From NCBI GenBank assembly GCA_947627535.1, contig CANQWM010000005.1, forward strand, positions 58,948 to 122,947: 64,000 nt of DNA, in the 5' to 3' direction. Below the pieces are notes generated by a model, which had not been told where the DNA came from, searched no databases, and worked only from the letters and a program-made list of their open reading frames with translations. Every line of letters begins with the position of its first letter. The first letter of the stretch is position 1. This document shows positions 1-8,036 of this stretch, piece by piece. The position numbers and the translations under genes are program-made. The stretch is from an uncultured Acetatifactor sp. GTDB taxonomy: Bacteria > Bacillota > Clostridia > Lachnospirales > Lachnospiraceae.

Positions 1-832
1 TGCCGTGGATCTCATAAAATTCCTCGATCTTTTCATCTGTTTTCCAGATGGAGGACAGGCAGGTCGTCTCCGTGGTCATCACGTCCACGCCGATCCGGAA
101 ATCCGCGCTTAAGGACGCCACGCCGGGGCCTACGAACTCCATGACCTTGTTCTTCACATATCCGTTCTGAAAAACGGCGCCGATGATGGCAAGCGCCACA
201 TCCTGAGGGCCCACGCCCTTTACGGGAGCGCCCGTCAGATACACGCCTACCACGCCGGGCATGTTGATGTCATAAGTCTGGTTCAAAAGCTGCTTTACCA
301 GCTCCGGTCCGCCCTCTCCCATGGCCATGGTTCCCAGCGCGCCATAGCGGGTATGGGAATCGGAGCCCAGAATCATTCTGCCGCCTCCGGCCAGCATCTC
401 CCTTGCGAACTGGTGGATCACCGCCTGATGAGGGGGAACATAGACGCCGCCGTATCTCTTGGCGCAGGTCAGGCCGAACATGTGGTCATCCTCGTTGATG
501 GTGCCGCCCACCGCGCAAAGGGAATTGTGACAGTTTGTGAGCACATAGGGCATGGGGAACTTCTGGAGTCCCGACGCCCGTGCAGTCTGAATGATTCCCA
601 CAAAGGTAATATCATGGCTGGTCAGCTTGTCAAAGCGGATCTTCAGCTTCTTCATATTGCCGGAAGTGTTATGGCTCTTCAGAATGCCGTAAGCAATAGT
701 GTTTTCGGCCGCCTCTTCCCGGGTAATCTCCTTCCCCGTCTCTGATCTGACCGCCGCGGCCGCCTCCGGGCCGTCGGGCACGATTTTTGTCCCGTTTATC
801 AGGTAAGCGCCGCCCTGTTGTAATGTGATCAT
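1..832 (-). CDS. ybhJ: Aconitase-family hydratase (YbhJ-like), 3' end runs off the window
   Basis: Absent from the ORF track; translated by hand from ATG at 832 (RBS GAGGAGG at 841-847): [11 protein letters not shown]...[21 protein letters not shown]...[13 protein letters not shown]...[16 protein letters not shown] is an aconitase-family motif. Confidence 0.85.
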   Translation of the reverse strand, partial: MITLQQGGAYLINGTKIVPDGPEAAAAVRSETGKEITREEAAENTIAYGILKSHNTSGNMKKLKIRFDKLTSHDITFVGIIQTARASGLQKFPMPYVLTNCHNSLCAVGGTINEDDHMFGLTCAKRYGGVYVPPHQAVIHQFAREMLAGGGRMILGSDSHTRYGALGTMAMGEGGPELVKQLLNQTYDINMPGVVGVYLTGAPVKGVGPQDVALAIIGAVFQNGYVKNKVMEFVGPGVASLSADFRIGVDVMTTETTCLSSIWKTDEKIEEFYEIHG

Positions 833-885
833 ACCGAAATCCTCCTCTGGCATTTTATCCGTTCCTAATACGCCGTACAAAAGAT

Positions 886-914
886 ATTATATAAGAAAAC
901 GAAAGGTGTTGCAA
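886..914 (-). promoter_or_regulatory. SigA-type promoter of the hydratase gene
   Basis: Minus strand TTGCAA-17 nt-TATAAT. Confidence 0.7.
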
Positions 915-927
915 TGAAAAAAGAGCC

Positions 928-1740
928 TTAATCGGGATAAGTCTGAATCAAACGGGCAATATCGTCCAGATCAATCTGCAGTTCTTCTCCGAAAACAGCC
1001 AGCCCTGCCCTGCCCTGCAGGGGCAGCACATGAGCGGTGTAATCGTCGCGCCAGTCATAGGTAATCAACGTGCGGCGCTCCGGGTCAAGGATCCAGTATT
1101 CCCTTACACCCGCATCCACATATTTCTGCAGCTTCTTAATATAATCCTTACGCCGGGTAGACTCCGATACGATTTCCAGGCAGAAATCAGGAGCCCCCAT
1201 AATGCCCCACTTACAGATCTTGCTCCTGTCGCAGAGAATCAGTAGATCCGGCTGTACCACGGTCCTGTCGTCACAGTCCAGCCTTACATCCACCGGAGAC
1301 ATCATGGGAAGACAGTCACCGTTTTTGCTTTCGATAAAACTGCTGATCTGGGTGAACAGTCTGCCAAGAAGATGCTGGTGCACAAAGGAAGGCGCGGCCA
1401 TGTCGAACATAACCCCTTCTATCAGTTCTGCCCGCCTGTCCTCCGGCATCGTATAATAATCCTCCAGCGTATACTCTCCCTGTTTGCGGGGCTGGTCCGC
1501 CCTATAGACGCCAGCCTCCCTGACCGCCTGACGCCGGCCTGCCTCCGGACTTTCCCTGTCATCTCCGTCTTTTTCGGCCAATATCTGCTCCAGCGCCCGG
1601 CGGGTAGCATATCTTGGATGCTCCGTCTCTCCGGAAAAGATTTTCTGCAGAGTTCCCAGCGGCACACCGCTATATTCGGACAGCTGAGCCAGACTGTAGC
1701 CCCGCTCCTGTTTCACCCGTTTCATCTCCTCCAAAGTCAT
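928..1740 (-). CDS. XRE-family HTH fused to a Uma2/DUF820 PD-(D/E)XK endonuclease domain
   Basis: N-terminal HTH (YSLAQLSEYSGVPLGTLQKIFSG); Uma2 motifs RAELIEG, APSFVHQ, VVQPDL, PDFCLEIVS, GVREYWILDP. Confidence 0.88.
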   Translation of the reverse strand: MTLEEMKRVKQERGYSLAQLSEYSGVPLGTLQKIFSGETEHPRYATRRALEQILAEKDGDDRESPEAGRRQAVREAGVYRADQPRKQGEYTLEDYYTMPEDRRAELIEGVMFDMAAPSFVHQHLLGRLFTQISSFIESKNGDCLPMMSPVDVRLDCDDRTVVQPDLLILCDRSKICKWGIMGAPDFCLEIVSESTRRKDYIKKLQKYVDAGVREYWILDPERRTLITYDWRDDYTAHVLPLQGRAGLAVFGEELQIDLDDIARLIQTYPD

Positions 1741-1797
1741 GATTCACATCCTTTCTGCGGTGCATTTCAGAAGATTTCCCGCGATTAATCTACCCTT

Positions 1798-1826
1798 ATT
1801 ATATGGCGGATTTATCCGTTTGTCAA
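1798..1826 (-). promoter_or_regulatory. Consensus SigA promoter of the XRE-Uma2 gene with a palindrome in its spacer
   Basis: Minus strand TTGACA-17-TATAAT; CGGAT-TT-ATCCG at 1807-1818 lies between the boxes. Confidence 0.75.
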
Positions 1827-1977
1827 CCGTTTCCAAACCATTTTTGTCCGTTTTATTTCCGTATTTTATCTATATCAGGATCAGAATTCTCCGGGAATCT
1901 CGGATTACAATTCAGGGACGCAGCCGTCGCCGCGCCCCGCTATGATGCCTGATTTCATTCCACCGGAACCTGTCCGT

Positions 1978-2343
1978 TTAAACCGACTCCAGCCGGACAG
2001 CCAGCTCTTCTATCCTGTCCAGCGTAAGCCTTGCTCCCACGATATTGCTCTGTACCTCCGCCTCCGTGCTGTCCGAAACGCCGACGGCGGCTTCCTCCAT
2101 CTGCCGTTCCTTATCCGCGATCCAGCGTCGCTGCTCTATCGTGAGCTGCTCCGTCTCTTCTTCCGCAGGTGTCTCCGGCATCTGCAGGTCTTCCTCGTCC
2201 TGCGGAATCTCTTCCGTTTCCACGCGCTCGGCCTCGCTCACAAGGCTTCCCCTTTCGTCCGCATCTTCCGCCCCTCGGCAGCTGCACAGGCTGACGCAGA
2301 CAAGTCCCGCCCAGAAGGCGGTCAGTATCGCTTTTTTCTTCAT
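1978..2343 (-). CDS. Hypothetical acidic lipoprotein
   Basis: MKKK start, hydrophobic stretch, lipobox-like LCSC, Glu-rich mature part. Confidence 0.6.
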   Translation of the reverse strand: MKKKAILTAFWAGLVCVSLCSCRGAEDADERGSLVSEAERVETEEIPQDEEDLQMPETPAEEETEQLTIEQRRWIADKERQMEEAAVGVSDSTEAEVQSNIVGARLTLDRIEELAVRLESV

Positions 2344-2383
2344 ATTCTCTTCCCGTCAAAGTACATTGAAAGCTCTGACATAA

Positions 2384-3778
2384 TTATACTCTGCTGACAA
2401 TCTCCCGATAGCTCACCAACGCCACATTCCCCATCTCCTTTGCCCTGTCAACACACCCTTTGGTAAAGCCGGATTTGGCAAAGAGGTAGAAGTGCTTCTT
2501 TTGATACGGGAACAGGCCGCTGCGCTTTACCAGCGTTTCCAGTACGCTGAGACCGATCTTTTCGTTCGTCCACTTGCACTCGCCGAAAAGGGCGGTGGTT
2601 TTGTCCTGCTCGGCGAGAATGTCGATCTCCGCCTGACTCCTTTCTGCCGGATCGTTGCCCCACCAGCGGCCGAGAGAAGAAAACTCGACCGGACATTTTC
2701 CGGCAAGCAGCAGCTTCCAAAGGTATTGCCTGCAGATTTCCTCAAACACCCTGCCCATATAGTCGGGCAGAAACGGCTCGATGCGCCTGTAGGCGAGATC
2801 GGCCGCACCGCGGGCAATGATGGAGGTATTCTCCGGCACAAAGCGGTACCAGAAACGGAACAGATTGTCCTCGATGGAATAGATCGCTTTTCGGGACGCC
2901 TGTTCGCCATAGGGCGTCTCTTTTCGGATAATTCCGAGCGCGATGAGATTTTTCACATAGGCGGTGCACACATTGGTGTCCTCGCCGACCTTACCGGAAA
3001 TCTCCGACATGCGGGTGGAGCCTGTGGCAATTGCCGTGATAACGGCGTTATACAGCGCCGGTTCCCGCACCTCCTGTTTGAGCAGATTTTCCGGCTCTTC
3101 AAAGAGCGCCGAGGCGGGGTTCAAAAAGGTGTTTTTGATATTGTCCTCCACGCTGAGCCTGTCATTGATTTGCAGCAGATACTGCGGCGTGCCGCCGACA
3201 ATTCCGTAGAGCAGCGCCTTGTCCTCATCGGAAAAATTCCGAAAATACCGACAGGTCTCCTCGAAGTCAAAGGGAACAATCTTCATCTGTGCCGTCCGTC
3301 TGCCGTAAAGCGGCGCTTTGTAGGCGAGGACGTGATCCTCCATATAGGACATGGACGAGCCGCAGAGGATCAGCATCAGCTTCGAGTTATCCTTGTACTT
3401 GTCGATGAGCAGTTGAAGCGTGGACGCAAGACTTTTGGACGACCGGGCCACATAGGGGTATTCGTCGATGGCCAGAATGAGCCGCTCCTTTTCAGACAGC
3501 CTGAACACATACTCCAGAGCCGCCTGAAAGGAGAAAAAAGAGCTCTCCGTCTCGACCCCTGTGCGGTACTCCAAAATACTCCTGCTGAAGTTTTCCAGAT
3601 TTTGCTTGGCATTACTCTCGACGCCCATAAAATAAATGGCGTTCCTATCCTTGATGAACTGATTGATCAGCGCCGTTTTTCCCACACGCCGCCGCCCGTA
3701 TATGACGATAAATTCAAATTTGTTCGAGGAATACAGCCTGTTCAGCGTCTCCAGTTCCCGTTCTCTGCCGATAAACAT
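2384..3778 (-). CDS. Archaeal-type AAA ATPase with C-terminal DUF234/PD-(D/E)XK domain
   Basis: MFIGRERELETL start, Walker A GRRRVGKT, Walker B ILAIDE, DNLFRFWYRF, C-terminal EIDILAE...FGECKW; RBS GGAGG. Confidence 0.88.
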   Translation of the reverse strand: MFIGRERELETLNRLYSSNKFEFIVIYGRRRVGKTALINQFIKDRNAIYFMGVESNAKQNLENFSRSILEYRTGVETESSFFSFQAALEYVFRLSEKERLILAIDEYPYVARSSKSLASTLQLLIDKYKDNSKLMLILCGSSMSYMEDHVLAYKAPLYGRRTAQMKIVPFDFEETCRYFRNFSDEDKALLYGIVGGTPQYLLQINDRLSVEDNIKNTFLNPASALFEEPENLLKQEVREPALYNAVITAIATGSTRMSEISGKVGEDTNVCTAYVKNLIALGIIRKETPYGEQASRKAIYSIEDNLFRFWYRFVPENTSIIARGAADLAYRRIEPFLPDYMGRVFEEICRQYLWKLLLAGKCPVEFSSLGRWWGNDPAERSQAEIDILAEQDKTTALFGECKWTNEKIGLSVLETLVKRSGLFPYQKKHFYLFAKSGFTKGCVDRAKEMGNVALVSYREIVSRV

Positions 3779-3808
3779 CGCACTACCTCCGTTTCAGGGT
3801 AGCTACAG

Positions 3809-3885
3809 TATAGCTTATAAAAATAATTTAGTCAAGTACGATTCGGCAAATCATACTTGACTAAAATTTTGGTTCTTCCTATAGA
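3809..3885. promoter_or_regulatory. 16-bp inverted repeat whose arms each carry a TTGACT -35 box (symmetric promoter pair; also the likely glgP terminator)
   Basis: TTTAGTCAAGTACGAT (3827-3842) / ATCATACTTGACTAAA (3850-3865); minus strand TTGACT-17-TATACT toward the ATPase; plus strand TTGACT-17-TATAGA. Confidence 0.65.
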
Positions 3886-3935
3886 TTAGATGATTACTGA
3901 TTACGTCTATTACACCAGTTTGCTGCTTCGGCTGA

Positions 3936-6470
3936 TTAAACAGGCCTCGAGGCGGTCTCCTTCAGTTCCACTTTATCCAGATGCCAGATTTCATCCACAT
4001 ACTCCTGTATGGTTCTGTCGGAAGTGAACTTACCGGAGCCGGCCACATTGAGAATGGCGCTTTTTGCCCAGCCCGCCTTGTTTCTGTACGCCGCCTCTAC
4101 CTTCTTCTGCGCTTCCGCGTAGGAACGGAAATCCTTCAGAATAAAATAGGTATCCGCCCTGGAAGTGGAAAGCGTATTCAGCAGGGAGTTGTACAGAGGC
4201 CGGAACAGCTCCGTATCCCCGGCATAGGTTCCGTCCACCAGCTGATCCAGGACTCTTCTGATCTCTCCGTCGCTGTTGTAGATATCCATGGGATTGTAAC
4301 CGCCGTTCTGTTCGTAGCCGATGACCTCGTCGGAGCTCAGGCCGAAGATAAACGCATTCTCTTCTCCCACTTCCTCCACGATCTCCACATTGGCGCCGTC
4401 CATGGTGCCCAGCGTCAGCGCGCCGTTCAGCATGAATTTCATGTTGCCGGTGCCGGACGCCTCTTTGCTGGCAGTGGAGATCTGCTCGGATACGTCCGCC
4501 GCCGCAAAGATGATCTCCGCGTTGGAGACGTTGTAGTTCTCAATGAACACCACCTTGATCTTTCCGCCGATGGCAGGGTCGTTGTTGACCACGTCCGCCA
4601 CGGAATTGATCAGCTTGATGGTCAGCTTGGCATTCCGATAGCCTGCGGCGGCCTTTGCGCCGAAGATAAAGGTTCTGGGGAAGAAATCCCTCTCCGGATC
4701 CGCCTTCAGCTGATTGTAGAGATACATCACATGAAGAATATTCAAAAGCTGTCTCTTGTACTCGTGAAGCCGCTTTACCTGCACGTCAAAAATGGAGTCG
4801 GGATCCACGTCAATGCCGTTGTGCTCCTTGATATACTTCGCCAGTCTCAGCTTGTTTTTGCGCTTGATATCCATGAACTCCTTCTGAGCCCTGGCGTTAT
4901 CCGCAATCTCCCTAATCTTTGCGATTTTAGGGAGATCCGTGATCCAACCGTCGCCGACTTTCGCGCTCACCCAGTCCGCCAGCAGCGGGTTGCCGTGGAG
5001 CAGGAATCTTCTCTGGGTGATTCCGTTGGTCTTATTGTTGAACCGCTCGGGATACATTTCGTAAAAATCCCGCAGCTCCTGTTTCTTTAAAATTTCGGTG
5101 TGAAGTCTGGCCACGCCGTTTACGGAATATCCGGCGACAATGGCCATGTGGGCCATCTTGACCTGTCCGTCATACAGAATCGCCATCTTGCGAATCTTTT
5201 CCTGCACATCTACGCCGTAGATGTTGGAGTATTTCTGCTCGATCTCCAGCACAAATCTGCGGTTGATCTCCTCCACGATCTGGTAAATTCTGGGAAGCAG
5301 CCGGGAAAACAGATCAATGGGCCATTTTTCAAGGGCCTCCGCCATGATTGTGTGGTTGGTATAAGCGCAGGTATGGGTGGTGATATACCACGCTTCGTCC
5401 CAGGACAGATCATAATCGTCCAGCAGAATACGCATCAGCTCCGGCACAGCCACGGTGGGGTGCGTGTCGTTTAACTGAAACGTCACCTTCTCGTGGAACT
5501 TATGGATATCGTCATGCTTTTTCATGTATTTTGCCACGGCAGCCTGCACGGACGCGGAGATAAAGAAATACTGCTGCTTTAAGCGAAGCTCCTTGCCCGC
5601 ATAATGGTTGTCGTTGGGATAGAGCACTTCCACAAGGTTTCTGGCCAGGTTTTCCTGCTCCACAGCCTTTCGGTAATCGCCCTGATCGAAGGAATCCAGC
5701 TGGAACACTTCCATGGGCTCCGCGTCCCAGATACGCAGGGTGTTCACAATACCGTTTCCATAGCCTACGATGGGCAGATCGAAGGGGACGGCTCTCACGG
5801 CCTGATATCCCTCCTGAACAAAGCGGCTTCTTCCGTTCTCGTCGGTGCGCATCGCCACATAGCCGCCGAATTTTACGGTCTTTGCGTACTCCGGCCGGCG
5901 CAGCTCAAAGGGGTTGCCGTCAGCCAGCCAGTTGTCCGGCACCTCCACCTGGTAGCCGTCGCGGATTTCCTGCTTGAACATGCCGTACCGGTAGCGGATC
6001 CCGCAGCCGTAAGCGGGATATCCCAGCGTTGCCAGAGAGTCCAGAAAGCATGCGGCCAGACGTCCCAGACCGCCGTTCCCCAGAGCGGCGTCCGGCTCCT
6101 GATCCTCTACCACATTCAGATCCAGTCCCAGTTCCTCCAGCGCTTCCTGCACAGGCTTGTAAGCCTGCATGTTGATCAGGTTGTTTCCCATGGCGCGTCC
6201 CATCAGAAATTCCATGGACATGTAATACACCATCTTGGGGTCTTCCTTCTCATACGCCTTCTGGGTATTCATCCAGTTTTCGATGATCTGATCCTTGATG
6301 GCGAGAGAAGCCGCCTGGAAGATCTGCTGGGGAGTCGCATCCTCCAGCTCCTTGCGGTACTGTGTTCTGATATTGTACAGGACGCTTCTCTTGAAAAGCT
6401 CTTTGTCAAACTTCCGTTTTTCCTTTCCCTTTTCTTTTTCCACCGATTTATTAGGTGTCGCACTTTTCAT
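3936..6470 (-). CDS. glgP: Glycogen/starch phosphorylase
   Basis: LGNGGLGRLAACFLDS, QLNDTHP, QVKRLHEYKRQLLN, PLP-lysine motif EASGTGNMK. Confidence 0.97.
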   Translation of the reverse strand: MKSATPNKSVEKEKGKEKRKFDKELFKRSVLYNIRTQYRKELEDATPQQIFQAASLAIKDQIIENWMNTQKAYEKEDPKMVYYMSMEFLMGRAMGNNLINMQAYKPVQEALEELGLDLNVVEDQEPDAALGNGGLGRLAACFLDSLATLGYPAYGCGIRYRYGMFKQEIRDGYQVEVPDNWLADGNPFELRRPEYAKTVKFGGYVAMRTDENGRSRFVQEGYQAVRAVPFDLPIVGYGNGIVNTLRIWDAEPMEVFQLDSFDQGDYRKAVEQENLARNLVEVLYPNDNHYAGKELRLKQQYFFISASVQAAVAKYMKKHDDIHKFHEKVTFQLNDTHPTVAVPELMRILLDDYDLSWDEAWYITTHTCAYTNHTIMAEALEKWPIDLFSRLLPRIYQIVEEINRRFVLEIEQKYSNIYGVDVQEKIRKMAILYDGQVKMAHMAIVAGYSVNGVARLHTEILKKQELRDFYEMYPERFNNKTNGITQRRFLLHGNPLLADWVSAKVGDGWITDLPKIAKIREIADNARAQKEFMDIKRKNKLRLAKYIKEHNGIDVDPDSIFDVQVKRLHEYKRQLLNILHVMYLYNQLKADPERDFFPRTFIFGAKAAAGYRNAKLTIKLINSVADVVNNDPAIGGKIKVVFIENYNVSNAEIIFAAADVSEQISTASKEASGTGNMKFMLNGALTLGTMDGANVEIVEEVGEENAFIFGLSSDEVIGYEQNGGYNPMDIYNSDGEIRRVLDQLVDGTYAGDTELFRPLYNSLLNTLSTSRADTYFILKDFRSYAEAQKKVEAAYRNKAGWAKSAILNVAGSGKFTSDRTIQEYVDEIWHLDKVELKETASRPV

Positions 6471-6516
6471 ACAAAGATCTCCTTATCTTTTATTGCAGTA
6501 ATTTTTACAATGTATC

Positions 6517-6545
6517 ATTATACCAGAATATCCGGACGATTCCAA
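6517..6545 (-). promoter_or_regulatory. SigA-type promoter of glgP
   Basis: Minus strand TTGGAA-17-TATAAT with a TG extension. Confidence 0.6.
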
Positions 6546-6572
6546 CAGTTTTTTCATTCCCGCGGACATTGG

Positions 6573-8015
6573 TTACTGGCCCGGCGCTATGCCCGCCGGC
6601 TGGATAAATTCGAAAAGATTCAGTCCCACGCTGTGGATCATGTTCAGGACAAAATACAGGAACAAAACCGTCCTGGCCGCCTTTCCCGCTCCAGATTGCA
6701 GAAAAATCTGAACATTGCGCAGCACCACAATCAGGACAGCGGCGGAAGCGTAGATCGCCGTTCTGCCTCCCGACGTAAAAAACGTAGGCGAGAGTCCAAC
6801 GATCACTCTGGAAAGCAGCCCGGCTCCCAGAATCAGCAGCTGCAGCAGGGTTTCTCTGCTCCGGCCATGGACAAGAAAGATCGTCACAGGCAGGCAGACG
6901 CAAAGCCCCAGAAATACCGCTGCCTGAAATCCTGTCTGAAGCGAAGTGTAGGGAGAAAATCCCGGCAGCTGCGCATTGTAAACAAGTGCCCTGAGAAGTT
7001 CTATTCCTCCCAGAAGGCGGCCTCTTGCGCGAAGGTACTCCCACAGTGGTAACAGTCCCCAGTAAAAATAAGGAAAAAAACAAAACAGCGCCGGCAGAAG
7101 CATCCGGATTTTTCTGTTTTTCTCCCTTTGATACCGCGTCGCCAGCTGTGCCAGCAAAACGCCGGGCAGGAGCATGAACAGGAAGTTTCCTTCTTTCATG
7201 TAATGCTGAAAGGTCCCGATCCATCCCCAAAGCAGCTTCTGCAGGAAGCTCAGCTCTCCAAACTCCGGAAACCAATATTCGGTCTCTGCCGCCAGACGGA
7301 TGCGGTTTCCCGGGCACAGCCAGATCAGGCATAACATCAGCACGATCAGCCCCGCCTGGACACAGCAAAGCACCGACGGTTTCTTTTTTTCTGCCAGCGC
7401 GTGAACGCCGCACAGCAGGTAAACGCCTGACAAAATTGCGCACATCTGCTCCAAATCTGCCGCATAGACCAGACATAAGGGGCATATCGCACATTCCCAG
7501 CCCGCGCATTTTTCCCCGCAGAAAAAATGCTTTGCGGGGCGCATCGCCACCAGCCCCAGACTCAAAGGCCACAGATAATTGACCGTGGTCGTGATCCAGC
7601 CGGCGCTGTGCAGAGAATAAAGGGGAACCGTAAATAACAATGCAAAAAGAATCCCCATCGCGGGAAACCGCTTTCCGCCCCCGACGCCGAACAGATCCGC
7701 CGTACACCACACAAACAGAAGGATCATACCCACATTGAGAATCCGCCAGATGTTAGGAAATACCGTCAGTGGGATCAGCGCCCCCTCAATCAGAATCCGT
7801 GACGTCCAGGTATCATATCGCCATTTCAGCACCTTCCACAGCGGCCGGGTCCAGTATGTGGCAAACGCCGCGTCATCATGTGTGTCCACCGGGATCCTTG
7901 TATGGAGCAGCAGGAGCAGTCCCCCTGTCAGAAGCAAAAACAACACGCTCTTTTTTCTGTCGTCGAGACGCTTTCCCTCCCGCCTTCCTTCCATAAGATC
8001 CTGTTTTCCTTCCAT
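6573..8015 (-). CDS. Polytopic membrane protein, DUF6056-like, putative GT-C glycosyltransferase
   Basis: Many hydrophobic segments; DD after the first TM (THDDAAF); WRYDTWTSR; WITTTVNYLW; CPGNRIR. Confidence 0.65.
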   Translation of the reverse strand: MEGKQDLMEGRREGKRLDDRKKSVLFLLLTGGLLLLLHTRIPVDTHDDAAFATYWTRPLWKVLKWRYDTWTSRILIEGALIPLTVFPNIWRILNVGMILLFVWCTADLFGVGGGKRFPAMGILFALLFTVPLYSLHSAGWITTTVNYLWPLSLGLVAMRPAKHFFCGEKCAGWECAICPLCLVYAADLEQMCAILSGVYLLCGVHALAEKKKPSVLCCVQAGLIVLMLCLIWLCPGNRIRLAAETEYWFPEFGELSFLQKLLWGWIGTFQHYMKEGNFLFMLLPGVLLAQLATRYQREKNRKIRMLLPALFCFFPYFYWGLLPLWEYLRARGRLLGGIELLRALVYNAQLPGFSPYTSLQTGFQAAVFLGLCVCLPVTIFLVHGRSRETLLQLLILGAGLLSRVIVGLSPTFFTSGGRTAIYASAAVLIVVLRNVQIFLQSGAGKAARTVLFLYFVLNMIHSVGLNLFEFIQPAGIAPGQ

Positions 8016-8036
8016 AAATCTTCTTTCTGAATCCTG

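Noticed and set aside
2492-7052. Long plus-strand ORFs (2492-3802, 3981-5090, 5604-7052)
   Set aside because: Antisense shadows of the ATPase, glgP and DUF6056-like genes in GC-rich DNA; no motifs or RBS.
7985-8017. Direct repeat TTCCTTCCATAA at the 5' end of the DUF6056-like gene as a target-site duplication
   Set aside because: Both copies lie at one end and simply encode MEG twice (alternative starts); no matching copy at the other boundary.
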